Assembly (NCBI GenBank): GCA_963727445.1
Contig: CAVSGI010000020.1
Location: forward strand, 448,001 to 512,000
DNA length: 64,000 nt
Direction of reading: 5' to 3'
Origin: an uncultured delta proteobacterium
GTDB taxonomy: Bacteria; Myxococcota_A; Polyangia; Polyangiales; B10-G4
Within the stretch, counting starts at the first letter, position 1; every line of letters starts with the position of its first letter. Shown here in pieces: positions 49,649 to 60,799 of this stretch. Below the pieces are notes generated by a model. The model did not search any database. It was not told where the DNA came from and saw only the letters and a list, made by a program, of their open reading frames with translations. The translations under genes and the position numbers were made by a program.

Positions 49649-50581
49649 ATGGAGGCGACACGCCCAATCCCACTGGTCCGACGACGCGCGCCGAAGCATC
49701 CCCCCTACGCCCTGCCGCCGGGAACCGTCGTCGCCGACCGCTACGTCGTCGAAGGACACATCGGCCTCGGCGGAACGAGCGTCGTCTATCGCGCCCATCA
49801 CCGCATCCTCGACTATCCCGTCGCCCTGAAGGTCGGGCTGAACCTGGAAGAGGAGGCCTTCGACCGCTTCGCGCGGGAGTCACGCGCGCTCAGCCGGATC
49901 GACGATCCCCACGTGGTGCGGGTGACGGACCTCGGTGAGCTCCCCAATGGCTTTCCCTTCTGCGTGATGCAGCTGCTCTTTGGGGAGAGCCTCGAGCACA
50001 ATCTCACCACCCACGGGCAGCTGCCCATCGGGCGGGCCGTCGCCCTCACCCGTCAGCTCTGCGAAGGCCTGCGGGCGGTCCACCGGACCGGCGTGATCCA
50101 TCGCGACGTCAAGCCTGCGAACCTCGTTCTCACGCGCGGCGACGACGACGAGACGGTGCTCGTGTTGGTCGACTTCGGGATCGCCATGCCGCTCCTCGCC
50201 CCACGCATCACGCTTCCCGGGCTGGTCCTCGGCACGCCGCATTACATGGCGCCGGAACAGGCGGTGCTCGGTCGCATCGACACACGGGTGGACGTGTACG
50301 GGGCCGGCGCCGTCCTCTACGAGATGCTCGCCGGCCGCCCACCCCACGAAGCCGCGACCATCGCCGAGCTCATCGGCCTGGCCAGAAACGGGCGGCCAGA
50401 GCCGGTCGAGCTCTTCCGCCCCGACTGCCCGGCCGTGGTGGCGCAGATCGCGATGCGCGCGCTCGCGCGCGATCCGAATGAGCGCTTCGCGACCGTGCGC
50501 CTCATGAGTGAAGCCCTCGCCGCCGCGGAGTCCGAGCTCCGCACCACTGATGACGAGATGTCGATTCGTCTCTGCGCGTGA
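49649..50581 (+). CDS. Hanks-type Ser/Thr protein kinase (kinase domain only)
   Basis: RBS GGAGGAGG; IGLGGTSVVY, VALK, HRDVKPAN, DFG, GTPHYMAPE. Confidence 0.94.
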   Translation: MEATRPIPLVRRRAPKHPPYALPPGTVVADRYVVEGHIGLGGTSVVYRAHHRILDYPVALKVGLNLEEEAFDRFARESRALSRIDDPHVVRVTDLGELPNGFPFCVMQLLFGESLEHNLTTHGQLPIGRAVALTRQLCEGLRAVHRTGVIHRDVKPANLVLTRGDDDETVLVLVDFGIAMPLLAPRITLPGLVLGTPHYMAPEQAVLGRIDTRVDVYGAGAVLYEMLAGRPPHEAATIAELIGLARNGRPEPVELFRPDCPAVVAQIAMRALARDPNERFATVRLMSEALAAAESELRTTDDEMSIRLCA

Positions 50582-50617
50582 CGTCTAGCGGATCGCGAGG
50601 GCTGCCCTACAGGCACA

Positions 50618-51541
50618 TCACAACCGCGAGCCGCCGCGGCGGACGCGACTGATTCGCACGTGGTCGATGGCGGCCCCGCGGACAGGATCCACGATGGGCT
50701 CCGCGCTGCCGCTGTTGCTGTTCGTCGTCGACGCACCCACCACGAGAGGGTTGCTCGAACCCGCGATGTCGACCGTGGACGACCCGCCGCACACCAGCCC
50801 GAGCGCGAAGGAACCGAAGTGGAGGGTGACAGTGTCGGTCGACGTGGCGCGTCGGCCGTCGACGAAGAGTCGGGCCTCGGGGGCGCCGAAGTCGACGTCG
50901 ACGTGGACCCACCCTCCATCGGTCGCGTCGACGTCGCTGCAGAGGACCGTGGAGGTCCCCGGGTCTTGCAAACGCGCGACGATCCGTCCATCGCTCGTTG
51001 CGAAGATCGTGAAGTGCCCGTCCAGGTCTCCCGTCGCGTCGCGGGAGACCAGCCCGTAGTTGGTCGACGGGCGCTCGTCGATCCTCACCCAGAAGTCGAT
51101 GCTCCCCGAGCTCAGCTCGAAGTCGTCGGAGTCCGGGACCTCCATCCACACCGGGGCGGCCGGGTCGAAGTGGAGCGCGCGCCCGCATCCGGCGGGTCCG
51201 TCGTCCCAATCCGGGGGCGCGCCCGACGAGCCGTCGTGCAGACCCGTGGCATCCGACAGGGTCTCGTCATCGAACGTGTAGAGAGCCACCGTGTCACCGT
51301 CCACGGCGGGGCACGGTCCCGCTGGCGAGGCGTCCATCCGCGGTTCGGTGTCCCCGGCGGCGTCTCTCGATGCATCGGGCGGCGCACCGTCTCGAAGCGC
51401 CGAGTCGGCTGAGTCGGCGTGCGCGTCGGGCACGCTCGAGTCCGACTCCCCAGCGTCCGACGGAGCGATCGCGTCCGACGTCACGGAGCACGCGCCGGTG
51501 GCGACCCACGACGCAAGTACGAGAAGTCGCCACGCGTGCAC
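50618..51541 (-). CDS. LamG/concanavalin-like jellyroll lipoprotein
   Basis: Lipobox TGAC; VALYTFDD, SIDFWV, WVHV, LFVDG, IDHVRIS. Confidence 0.85.
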   Translation of the reverse strand: MHAWRLLVLASWVATGACSVTSDAIAPSDAGESDSSVPDAHADSADSALRDGAPPDASRDAAGDTEPRMDASPAGPCPAVDGDTVALYTFDDETLSDATGLHDGSSGAPPDWDDGPAGCGRALHFDPAAPVWMEVPDSDDFELSSGSIDFWVRIDERPSTNYGLVSRDATGDLDGHFTIFATSDGRIVARLQDPGTSTVLCSDVDATDGGWVHVDVDFGAPEARLFVDGRRATSTDTVTLHFGSFALGLVCGGSSTVDIAGSSNPLVVGASTTNSNSGSAEPIVDPVRGAAIDHVRISRVRRGGSRL

Positions 51542-51686
51542 CCGACCATCTTAGCGCAGGTGCGGACGCGAGGTCGTCCTTCGACAGGTCTGCGGCGACG
51601 ACGATGACCTCGTCGTCAAGAATGCGGCGGATGTCCTCGCGTACGACGGCCGGACCGATCGCCGACACCGGTGCAGGTGAGGCCCG

Positions 51687-52397
51687 ATGCGCCCGAGGGA
51701 ACGGCCTGATAGCCTCGACGCGATGGGCGTTCGCTTCGGCTACCCCGGCGTCGAGGTCGAGCACGACGGCCAGCGTTACAGAGTCTGGGCGCACGAGGGC
51801 CACTCCGCGGACTACCTTCAGATCGATCGCCTCGAGGGCGACGACGCGAAGGGCGTCATGAGCATCGAGCTCTTTGACGCCCACGCCTCGAGCTACGAGA
51901 TCTACGTCGGGTCGGGAGAGGGCCCGCGGCGGGGTCGGGAGATCTCGAGAGAGCTCTTCGATGCGCTGCGATCCGCGATCGAGTCGATCCTGCGTGCGAG
52001 GGCGTTGCCGACGACGTTCGCATCGGCAACCCGCGAGCCGCTCGTCGCTCCGTCACGTGACGAAACCGGCCTCGCCGATGTGATGAAGATCGAAGCACTC
52101 GAGCCGTACCTCGCGAAGCCGCGGGCCGAGGCCCCGGCGATCGAGCGCGGGTTCGAGCTCGATCCCGCAGAGATGGTTGCTTTCCTCGTCAAGCGCGCGC
52201 GACGCCACATCGCGCATCTCTACTGGCTGGACGGAACGGACGGTGAACCCGACGCGGCGGAGGTCTTCGGCGCCCTGACGCGGACTGTTCGGGCGAAGGA
52301 GGTGCTCCGCGCGTGTCTGGATCGTTTCGACGCCGCCGAGGTCCGCCGCTGGGAGACCGCCGCCCTCGCGGCGATCGGGCTCAGCGAGGACGATTGA
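51687..52397 (+). CDS. Hypothetical protein
   Basis: 236-aa ORF with typical codon usage filling the gap; no recognised motif. Confidence 0.6.
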   Translation: MRPRERPDSLDAMGVRFGYPGVEVEHDGQRYRVWAHEGHSADYLQIDRLEGDDAKGVMSIELFDAHASSYEIYVGSGEGPRRGREISRELFDALRSAIESILRARALPTTFASATREPLVAPSRDETGLADVMKIEALEPYLAKPRAEAPAIERGFELDPAEMVAFLVKRARRHIAHLYWLDGTDGEPDAAEVFGALTRTVRAKEVLRACLDRFDAAEVRRWETAALAAIGLSEDD

Positions 52398-52505
52398 TCA
52401 GCCCCGGCCGCGAGTTGACTGATCAGTTCGAGCGGGTGAACTTCCGACGCGAGCTGCATCTCGTCGGTCGCGACGCGAAGCCGTTCCGTCGGATAGACTC
52501 TCCCG

Positions 52506-54180
52506 GTGCGACCCGCTTGCAAGCGAGTGCTCCTGGTCGTCGGCCTGCTGGCCTGCGGCTGCGAAGATGACGGCAGTCGACTCCTCGTCGACCTGAAGAC
52601 CGACTACGTTCCCGGTGAGGAGTTCGCACGCGTCCGAACGACCCTCTATGCGGCGCTCCCACGCCCAGAGGATGCGCCGCTCGCGTCACAGGAGCAGATC
52701 GTCTCGAACGGGGACAGGTTCATCGTGGGAGAGCGCATCGCGGACGTTCACCCTCGTCGCCGAGAAAGGAACGACCGCTCTGAGGACGGAGCTCCTCGAA
52801 GCCGATGGAACGGTGCTCGCCACGCGCAACACCCGGGTGTACCTCTCCCCGCCCAACACCGGTGTCACCGTGCTGGTGAGTCGCGATTGCGTCGGCGTCA
52901 CGTGCCCCTCGACCGGCGACAGCGAATGCTACGGCGGCGTCTGCGTCTCCCCGGATTGCGTGGAGGAGAGGCCCACTGCGTGTGGGCCCGCGGTCTGCAC
53001 CGATGACGTCGAATGCATGGCGACCGTCGCGTGCGCCGCTGGACGCTGCGTGGCGGGGGCGTGTCTTTCAGAGGGCGATGACGCACTGTGTGGGCCCGCC
53101 GAGTACTGCAACCCCGAGACCGGTTGCGAGGCGAGCATGTCGATGGTGGACGGTGGTGGCCCAGACGGAGGCACCGATGGCGGCGTCATGGTGACCACCC
53201 GCCCCGCGAAGACGGTGTCTGCATCGGCCGAGTTCACCTGCGTGGTCCAGCCCTCCGGTCGCGTCTACTGCTTCGGGCTGGGCGACAGCAGCCAACGGGG
53301 CGACGGGATGGGCGGCTACACCTTCACGCCGAGCGAGGTGATTGGCGTCACCAATGCGGTAGACGTCTCCATCGGCGACGTGCACGGGTGCGCCACTCTC
53401 GACACCGGCGAGGTGGCGTGTTGGGGCCAGAACACGTCCGGCGCGCTCGGCGATGGGACCACGACGACGAGCAACAGGGCGGTGATCGTCGTCGGGCTGC
53501 CCGCATCCGAAGAGGTCTCCGTGAGTGGCGATCACTCCTGCGCCCGGACGCGGGTGGGCGAGGTCTACTGCTGGGGTGCGGGCACCGACGGGCAGCTCGG
53601 CACAGGGTCGGCGACCTCCTCTCCGAACGCCGTGCTGGTTCCGTCCATCACCGATGCCGTCGGCGTGGATGCCGCGGGCGGGCGCACCTGCATTCGTCGC
53701 GGCGCGACGGGAGCGACGGAGTGCTCGGGGGATGGTGTCTTGTCGCCCGCGTCCACGGGACTCGAGGGGGTGGTCATGAACGACGGAGACTGGGGGGACA
53801 TCTGCGCGCTCCTCCTGGATGGCTCGGTGCGCTGCGGCGTCGCGCTGACAGGCGCCGCGCAGGTGGCAGGGCTGGACCAGGCCTCTTCGATCGGGGTGGG
53901 CTTTGGCCATGCCTGCGCCGTGCGTCAAGACGGCAGCGTCTGGTGTTGGGGTGACAACGGCGAAGGACAGCTCGGTGATGGTACGACCGTTTCCCGAATG
54001 GCGCCCGCACCGGCGCTGATCTCGGACGCCGTGGAGGTCTCCTCGGGAATCAACCATTCCTGCGCACGCCTTCGAAGCGGTGAAGTGTACTGCTGGGGAC
54101 TGAACACCTACGGTCAGCTCGGGAACGGCAGCTACGACCCTTCGCCGACGCCGGGGCCGGTGGTCGGGCTTCCTCCTTGA
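52506..54180 (+). CDS. RCC1-repeat beta-propeller lipoprotein; +1 frameshift near 52746
   Basis: LLACGC lipobox and VDLKTDYVPGEEF in ORF 52506; CWGxNxxGQLGDG repeats in ORF 52615; removing one base gives ERIADFTLVAEKG. Confidence 0.85.
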
Positions 54181-54298
54181 ATCCCCTCCCGCGCGATCGA
54201 CTGGAGCGACGTCGCGCAGCTCAGCTTCCTGGTGAGAGCTCAGAACGTCTTAGGGACTAATTGTGTCCAACCCCCGCCACTTCGGCCAGGTTCTGACG

Positions 54299-55258
54299 AT
54301 GATGACTCCGCGAACGACGCTTCTTCTATTCGCAACCGGTCTGCAGCTCACGGCGTGCTCTCCATCCCCGGATGACGGCGCCGACGCCAGCGCCACCCGC
54401 GACGCGGGTCAGATGGCCGACGCCGAGGCCACCCTGCACGACGCCCGAGTGGCGACCGAAGACGGCGGCGCGACGGACGGCAGCGCATCGCCCGACGACG
54501 GCGGAGACGCCGAGACGCCTTTGGACGACGGCGGCGCGAGCCCCGCGGACCTCGTCTTCGCCGATGACTTCGACTACACGGACCCGTTCAGCGCGCACGG
54601 TTGGAGCGGCGGAACGAGTGCGAACTTCTTCCACGAACGCACGGGCTGTCACTCGAACGGATGCGTTCGGATCCTCTACGACCAAGCCGGAACGGCGCCG
54701 TATTGGTTCGGCGTACCCATCGAGTCGGAGCATCTTCGAGACTTCACCGTTCACTTCTACTTCCGCGTCGACAACACGCCCGCGCTCGGAGGCGCGAAGT
54801 TCTTCAAGGTATTCGGCGCGAGCTCGGACAGCGGCTATGCCAACTCCACGATCGCGCTCGACTACACGAGCGGGCAGCTCTCTCGGATCTCGTACGGCAC
54901 GGGCGCAGTGACGGTCAACGATACCCAAGCCATCATTCGCTTCGACGGAGTCGCGACCGACGGAGAGGTCGACACCGTCACGGCCACCGGCCCGTTCGCT
55001 CCACCGGAGGCCGAGTGGCACGAGCTCCGCGTCTACATGCGCTACAACAGCGACGGCATGCGTGACGGCGAGTACCGCGTATGGATCGACGGCGAGCTCC
55101 GCGTGCAGGCAGAGAACGTGAAGAACCGCCACGACACGAACCTCGCCTATCCGCGCTCCATCGACCTCGCGAACTACGCGAGCGCCTCCAGTCGCACGCA
55201 CGACTACAACCTCTGGTACGACGACATCGCCATATATCGCGGCCTCGTCTCCCCGTGA
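54299..55258 (+). CDS. Lipoprotein with jellyroll (polysaccharide lyase/LamG-like) domain
   Basis: Lipobox LTAC; FADDFD, WHELRVY, VWIDG, WYDDIAI. Confidence 0.65.
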   Translation: MMTPRTTLLLFATGLQLTACSPSPDDGADASATRDAGQMADAEATLHDARVATEDGGATDGSASPDDGGDAETPLDDGGASPADLVFADDFDYTDPFSAHGWSGGTSANFFHERTGCHSNGCVRILYDQAGTAPYWFGVPIESEHLRDFTVHFYFRVDNTPALGGAKFFKVFGASSDSGYANSTIALDYTSGQLSRISYGTGAVTVNDTQAIIRFDGVATDGEVDTVTATGPFAPPEAEWHELRVYMRYNSDGMRDGEYRVWIDGELRVQAENVKNRHDTNLAYPRSIDLANYASASSRTHDYNLWYDDIAIYRGLVSP

Positions 55259-55281
55259 GGATCCGAACCGGAGCCCGTCGG

Positions 55282-55737
55282 TCACGCGGGAGCTGTGCTG
55301 TCGGCCCGTGGCGGTTGCTCGTGCGGGAGCACGAGACCGTACTGCGCCATGACGGCGAGGAGCTTCGCGCGGTCGGGCGGTCCTCCGGCGTTCACCACGG
55401 CGGCCACGTCGTGGAAGTACTGCGCGCCGATGTCGGGGGTGAGGATCACGAGCACGCGAGCCGGCGGCCTTCCCGCGTTCATGAAGTGATGCACCGCGCC
55501 GCGCGGTGTCGACATGAAGTCACCCGGGCCGAGGTCGCGCGTGACGTCGTCGACGCGGTAGCGCAGCACGCCCTCGAGCACATAGACACACTCCTCGTTG
55601 TGGGTGTGGCTGTGGGGCGGCGGGACGTGGGCGTTCGGTGGGACCACCATCTCGAACACCCCGAGCGTGCCCTCCTCGGCGCCGTTCACGAGGTACCGGA
55701 TCTCGAGCTGCCCGACATGAATCGATGACGTTTTCAT
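55282..55737 (-). CDS. Cupin domain protein
   Basis: PPPHSHTHNEECVYVLEG..PGD..PRGAVHHF; RBS AAGGAG. Confidence 0.92.
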   Translation of the reverse strand: MKTSSIHVGQLEIRYLVNGAEEGTLGVFEMVVPPNAHVPPPHSHTHNEECVYVLEGVLRYRVDDVTRDLGPGDFMSTPRGAVHHFMNAGRPPARVLVILTPDIGAQYFHDVAAVVNAGGPPDRAKLLAVMAQYGLVLPHEQPPRADSTAPA

Positions 55738-55851
55738 GGGGATTCTCCTTCTTGTCTTCGCCCTGTGGGTGACCATGAGGAGAACCTACGGCCGTTCCTC
55801 ATTCTGGGTTAGATAGGATTTTTACAATCCATTGTTGCAAGATTGAGCTTA

Positions 55852-56763
55852 ATGAAGGATCCGCTCCCCGCGATGCGCGTCTTTGCTCAGGTCGTCGACT
55901 CGAAGAGCTTCACGGCCGCAGCGCAGAAGCTCGGGCTGTCGAAATCGCTGGTGAGCCGGCAGGTCACGGCCCTCGAGGAGGCGTTTGCCGTCAAGCTGCT
56001 CAACCGCTCCACGCGCAGGCTGAGCCTCACCGAAGCCGGCAGCGTGCTCTACGAGCACTGCGTGCGCATCGTGCAAGAGGTCGAGCTCGCCGAGCGGCGC
56101 GTGGCGCACACACAGGCCGAGCCCGCGGGCCTCGTGCGCCTCACCTCCGCGCCCGCTGTCGCAGTGCGTCACGTGGTCCCAGCGCTCGCCGACTTCCACC
56201 GCGAGTACCCGAAGATCCGCGTCATGCTCTCCTGCAGCAACCGCACACTCGAGCTCGGCGAGTCCGGCGTCGACCTCGGCATCCGCATCCAGTCCAAACC
56301 GTCATCGCATCTGGTGGCGCGCAAGCTCGCGACGAACACCGCAGTGCTCTGCGCGTCGCCTGGCTATCTCGAGCGCCACGGTACGCCGCAGCGCGTGGAG
56401 GACCTGGCCGAGCACGCGTGTGTGCGCTTCCCCCCCACGGCGCCGAAGGGGACGTGGACGCTGCGGCGCAACGGGCGCTCACACACGGTTCGGATCGATG
56501 GTCCGCTCGAGACCGATGACATGGAGGCAGTGCAGGCTGCCGTCGTCGCAGGCCTCGGTATCGGCATCCTGCCCACCTACATCGCCGGTCGCGCGCTCGA
56601 GCGAGGTGAGCTCGTGCCCGTCCTGCGCACGCACCGGGTCGGAGTCGAGAACGCGATCTACCTCGTCTACCTGCCGAACCGCACGGTGCCCTCACGCGTC
56701 CGTGTGCTCATCGATTTCCTCGTCGCGCGCTTCTCGCCGCAAGCGCCGTGGAACCGCACGTAG
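55852..56763 (+). CDS. LysR family regulator, divergent from the cupin
   Basis: SFTAAAQKLGLSKSLVSRQV..LLNRSTRRLSLTEAG; RVRVLIDFL. Confidence 0.96.
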   Translation: MKDPLPAMRVFAQVVDSKSFTAAAQKLGLSKSLVSRQVTALEEAFAVKLLNRSTRRLSLTEAGSVLYEHCVRIVQEVELAERRVAHTQAEPAGLVRLTSAPAVAVRHVVPALADFHREYPKIRVMLSCSNRTLELGESGVDLGIRIQSKPSSHLVARKLATNTAVLCASPGYLERHGTPQRVEDLAEHACVRFPPTAPKGTWTLRRNGRSHTVRIDGPLETDDMEAVQAAVVAGLGIGILPTYIAGRALERGELVPVLRTHRVGVENAIYLVYLPNRTVPSRVRVLIDFLVARFSPQAPWNRT

Positions 56764-56774
56764 TTGTCGCGAGC

Positions 56775-59156
56775 TCAGAGCTCGCCGATCGGGTCCGGTG
56801 TCGGAAGCGACGTCGAGTCGAGATTCGTGCCGTTGTCGCGATAGGAGACGTCCTGTGACAACCGGTCCAGGTCGTAGCCGTCCACCTGGACGCACGCCCC
56901 GATGTCGGCGCCCTCCACCACGCCCGATTCGGTGTCGAAGGAGATCGTGAACGGGGGCTCATCCGCCAGGAAGAGTCCGCACGTCGCGGCGTCGACCACC
57001 GAAAAGCGAGTCAAACGAACCGCCGCGCCGAGCGCAGCCACGCCGTATCCGTAGCCCCGGTCCGGACAGTCGCAAGCCGAGCGCCCAACGTCTGCGATGG
57101 TCACGTCGCGCGCGTCGATCATGGCATCGCCGATGGCCACGAGTCCCAATTCGCTCGCGTGCTCGATGGCCAGGCGCTCGGCGGACACGGTCGCGTTCCA
57201 CTCGACCAACAGGGCGTACCCGAAGGCGAGGGAGCTCGTATCCGGCGCCGTGTCGCGAATCGTCGTATCGACGAGCGTCGCGGAGGCTTCGGAGTCGAGG
57301 ACCAAGAGACCGACCTCCTGCGCTCGGGCCACGAGGAGCCGCGTCGCCGAACATGTGGCAGACTGCTGAATCTCGACACCGTGCGACGTGACGTCCTGGA
57401 CGACGCCATCGGTGATCTCGAGCGAGGCATCGAGCGCGGCGACACCGACGCCATCGATGCGCTCGACGAGGAGGCCCGTGGCGCTGACGCGCGCGCCGGT
57501 CTGGGCGGTGACGCCCGTGATGACGTCGTCGCCCGACAACGGCGCCGACATGTCCCGAACGACCACCGATGAAAGGTCGGCGGTGGAATCCGCTCCGTTG
57601 GCGAGCACCCCGATGTCGTGGTTGCCGGTAGCAACGAGACGCGTCGCAGTGAGGCTCGCCCCTTCCTCGACCTCGATGCCTCGCCCCATGGGGAACGCGT
57701 CGTCTCTGGGAGTCGTCTCTCGAACCAGGACGTCCGTCAGCAAGAGCGACGTTCCGGCGCCGGTCGCGAAGACACCTACGTCGTGGTTGTTCGTCACCAC
57801 GAGCCGAGTCGCCTCGAATCCCCCGCCAGTTGCAGCTGTCACGCCCCTGCCTCCCGCGCTCGCGTAGACCCCCGGGACCGACTCGCGTACGACGGCGTCG
57901 GTGAGGCTCGCCAACGAGCCTTCTCCCGCGACGGTTACACCCGAGTCGGTGTTCCGCGTCGCCAACAGCCGCGTGGCTTCGAAGCGGGCGCCATCGTAGA
58001 CGCCGACGCCGTGGCCGAAGCGTGATCCCGCGGTTCGGGGCGCCGTGTCGCGCACGATGGCGTCCGTCAACGACATCGTCGTCGTGGCCCCCAAGACGCT
58101 CGCGCCGTGGTCGTGGTTGCCCTCGATGAGGACGCGACTGGCCTCGATGACGGGTCCGTCCTCGCCGCGAATCCCGAACCCACCCCCGCCGTCGAGGTCC
58201 TGCGATACGGTGTCGCGAATCACGACGTCGGACAGGTGCACCACCAATCCCTCACCGATCGCGAGGACGCCTGCATGACGGTTGCCGGATACAATCAATC
58301 CAGCGGCATCGAGCTGCCCTGCGCTCTCGACGTCGAGGCCACGACCCACACGCCCCGCCAGCGCACGCGTGTCGGTGACGACAAGTGACGCTGCGTCCAC
58401 CCGTCCGCTCGTCTGCACGACGATTCCGGCGCCCGTCGCCTCCGCGACGAGCACTCCGTCGAGCGAGAGCGCACTCCCGCCCTCGACGCGCAGACCCATC
58501 TGGGGAGCATCCACGATAGCGATGTTCTCGAGCACCGCCGGCTCTCCCCGTCCCATCGCCGCGACCACTCCCGCGGCGGGTCCACCGCCGTGGAGGATCG
58601 TCTCGGCGACACACGCCCCGACCAGGCGAACCCCCGAGCGGAGCGCAAACGTGCCGTCGTACTCGCCCTTCGCGAGCGCGACGGTCGTGCCGGCCCCGAG
58701 GCTTAAGAACGGAACCTCGCCGATGGACGAAAATGGCGCCCCGATGGACCCGTCGCCGCCCAGCGCAGCGCTGGCGTTCACGTAGACGATCGAGCCGCTC
58801 GCAGGCAGCCCGGCCGCGTAGTCCCCGGCGGGGCAGGGTTGCCCGATCGGCCTGCAGTCGGGTTCGCCGGGGAAATGCGCTTCGCCGAATGGGCATTCGC
58901 GCGCACCACCTTCGGGATACGGGTCACAGGTCGTGGCTTCATCCGTATCCGTGATCGTGCGCCATCCCATCGGGCACGGTGCGATGGCAATCGGCGGCAC
59001 GCCCCCCTCGAGCCATGGAATGTCCGGGGCCGCTGGTGTCGCGACGCCGCCGTCGCCGGCATCGGCCCCCACGTCGGCGTCGGGCAACGCTTCGGGCCCA
59101 TCGCCGCACGACGCGAGCCCTAGCGCCAGCAGGCCTGCCGCAGCCCATCGCCTCAC
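56775..59156 (-). CDS. Right-handed parallel beta-helix repeat lipoprotein
   Basis: Lipobox LASC; VYVN; repeated (G)NHDxGV..L.D.VVRDT..GRG units. Confidence 0.8.
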   Translation of the reverse strand: MRRWAAAGLLALGLASCGDGPEALPDADVGADAGDGGVATPAAPDIPWLEGGVPPIAIAPCPMGWRTITDTDEATTCDPYPEGGARECPFGEAHFPGEPDCRPIGQPCPAGDYAAGLPASGSIVYVNASAALGGDGSIGAPFSSIGEVPFLSLGAGTTVALAKGEYDGTFALRSGVRLVGACVAETILHGGGPAAGVVAAMGRGEPAVLENIAIVDAPQMGLRVEGGSALSLDGVLVAEATGAGIVVQTSGRVDAASLVVTDTRALAGRVGRGLDVESAGQLDAAGLIVSGNRHAGVLAIGEGLVVHLSDVVIRDTVSQDLDGGGGFGIRGEDGPVIEASRVLIEGNHDHGASVLGATTTMSLTDAIVRDTAPRTAGSRFGHGVGVYDGARFEATRLLATRNTDSGVTVAGEGSLASLTDAVVRESVPGVYASAGGRGVTAATGGGFEATRLVVTNNHDVGVFATGAGTSLLLTDVLVRETTPRDDAFPMGRGIEVEEGASLTATRLVATGNHDIGVLANGADSTADLSSVVVRDMSAPLSGDDVITGVTAQTGARVSATGLLVERIDGVGVAALDASLEITDGVVQDVTSHGVEIQQSATCSATRLLVARAQEVGLLVLDSEASATLVDTTIRDTAPDTSSLAFGYALLVEWNATVSAERLAIEHASELGLVAIGDAMIDARDVTIADVGRSACDCPDRGYGYGVAALGAAVRLTRFSVVDAATCGLFLADEPPFTISFDTESGVVEGADIGACVQVDGYDLDRLSQDVSYRDNGTNLDSTSLPTPDPIGEL

Positions 59157-59180
59157 GAGCAGATCCTAACATCCCGCCGC

Positions 59181-60020
59181 TCACTCGGGCGAAGCGCCTG
59201 GATGCGCGTCGCGAACCGAGATGGGGCCGTTCGTGACGACCTCGACGCGCGTTCCACCCCCGCCCACGTCGAGGTCGAAGGTGCCCGATCCATCGGACGT
59301 GAAAGCGACGCCACCGACGTCGACGTCGGCGTTCACGGCGGTCGTCAACGAGAGGGTGTAGGTGCCGGGGGCCAGCGAGAGATCCACGAAGCCCTCTGCA
59401 ATGATCGACAAGGGGCCGTCTCCGCCTTCATACGTGAGTTGGACGTTTTGCCCGGAGTCGATCCGGACGTCGCCCGAGCACCTCACCCCGATCATCGCGT
59501 CACTCCGGAGGTCGACCACGCCGTGGGCCGTTCCGAGGATCTGCCCACCGGCATCGATGAGTAGACTGCCCGTCGGGCCCTCGAGATCGACACGACCGGT
59601 GGTGCGAAGATCGATGCTTCCGAGGTCTGCGAGAGTCACCGCGTCGGCTCGAACGTCCGCGCGCAAGAGTCGGTCGCGCGGCATGGCCACCTGAAGGTCC
59701 TCGAATACCAACCCCTCGTCCGAGCCAGCCCAGTCCAGCGCGAGGGTGTCCCCCACGCGATCGAAGGCCAATGACGGTGGAAGTGCCGGCGGCGATCCCG
59801 ACCCTACCCAGCGCGTGGTCGACATGGTCGCGGAGAAGTCCCCGGTGCTCGGCGACACGGTGAGAGACGGAGGTGCCCCGCCGATGTCGAGGGTCGTGAC
59901 TCCGTCGCCGGCACGAGTCGCGTGCCACTCGTTCGACTCAGCGCTCACGCCAAGACCGAAGCCGCACGCAGAGAGCGTGACGCAGAGCACGGAGACCGTC
60001 AGGAAGATTCGTGCGCTCAT
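59181..60020 (-). CDS. Lipoprotein, adhesin-like (DUF4097-like) beta-solenoid
   Basis: MSARIFLTVSVLCVTLSAC; short GxVDL/IDS repeats; TNGPISV ending; ATGA overlap. Confidence 0.6.
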   Translation of the reverse strand: MSARIFLTVSVLCVTLSACGFGLGVSAESNEWHATRAGDGVTTLDIGGAPPSLTVSPSTGDFSATMSTTRWVGSGSPPALPPSLAFDRVGDTLALDWAGSDEGLVFEDLQVAMPRDRLLRADVRADAVTLADLGSIDLRTTGRVDLEGPTGSLLIDAGGQILGTAHGVVDLRSDAMIGVRCSGDVRIDSGQNVQLTYEGGDGPLSIIAEGFVDLSLAPGTYTLSLTTAVNADVDVGGVAFTSDGSGTFDLDVGGGGTRVEVVTNGPISVRDAHPGASPE

Positions 60021-60595
60021 AGCGCAAACCCCACCGTGAACGACACTGGCAGGCTCAGAATCACGCTGCCCGCTGGCATCAGACCTGGCGTCATCGCGTA
60101 GTCCGAAAAGTGATACTGCACACGCAGCGCGATACCGATACCGATACACATCCCGGGCAGCTCTTTCGTGGAGCAGATGAATCCGCGCGTGCCGAGGTCG
60201 ACGGCACCGGCCACGCCGAGCTCATCGCCGAGGTTCGCGCCCCAGCGATCTTGGAGCTCGACCTGCATCGCTACGAAGGGCTGCACGAAGGCGTCGGTGT
60301 CACCGTAGGTCAGGTGAGCCTCCGCCCGCGGAACGATCGAGAGCGCCGCTCGCTCACCGCCGAGGGTGGAGAAGCCCCCGCCGCTGACCCCGAGGGAGGC
60401 GGCGAAGTAGTCTCCGGAGTAGCCGAGTTGGAGCGTCGGCTCGAAGACGACGCGCCCATCGACTAGCGCCGGGTTCGCGGTGAGCTCGGCGAAGCCCATG
60501 GGGACGGTGGTCGGTGCGTCTTGCGCCTGACCGCGCGAGATCGGTCCCGCGAACACCGCGAGCAGGGTCACTACGAAAAGGACGTGGAGCTTCAT
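60017..60595 (-). CDS. Secreted / outer-membrane beta-strand protein
   Basis: Signal peptide and amphipathic strands. Confidence 0.6.
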   Translation of the reverse strand: MKLHVLFVVTLLAVFAGPISRGQAQDAPTTVPMGFAELTANPALVDGRVVFEPTLQLGYSGDYFAASLGVSGGGFSTLGGERAALSIVPRAEAHLTYGDTDAFVQPFVAMQVELQDRWGANLGDELGVAGAVDLGTRGFICSTKELPGMCIGIGIALRVQYHFSDYAMTPGLMPAGSVILSLPVSFTVGFAL

Positions 60596-60799
60596 CACTG
60601 AGTAGCCGGCCAAGCATCAGATGTGCCTCGCGGAAACTGGCGTGGTTTCGCAATCCGGTCGAACGAGAAGTGGCCAGAGCGGCACAGGTGTCCGAGAACC
60701 TCGCTTCACGCGCGCTCGACTGGACCGATGAAGTGCGAGGGCGTGCATTTTTTTTCTAAAGAGCCCGGCTCAGATCGCGTAGCCTGGCGGAAGTTCAGG

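Noticed and set aside
55824..55835. ACAAT-cc-ATTGT palindrome as LysR site
   Set aside because: Plausible position but too short to support as a feature.
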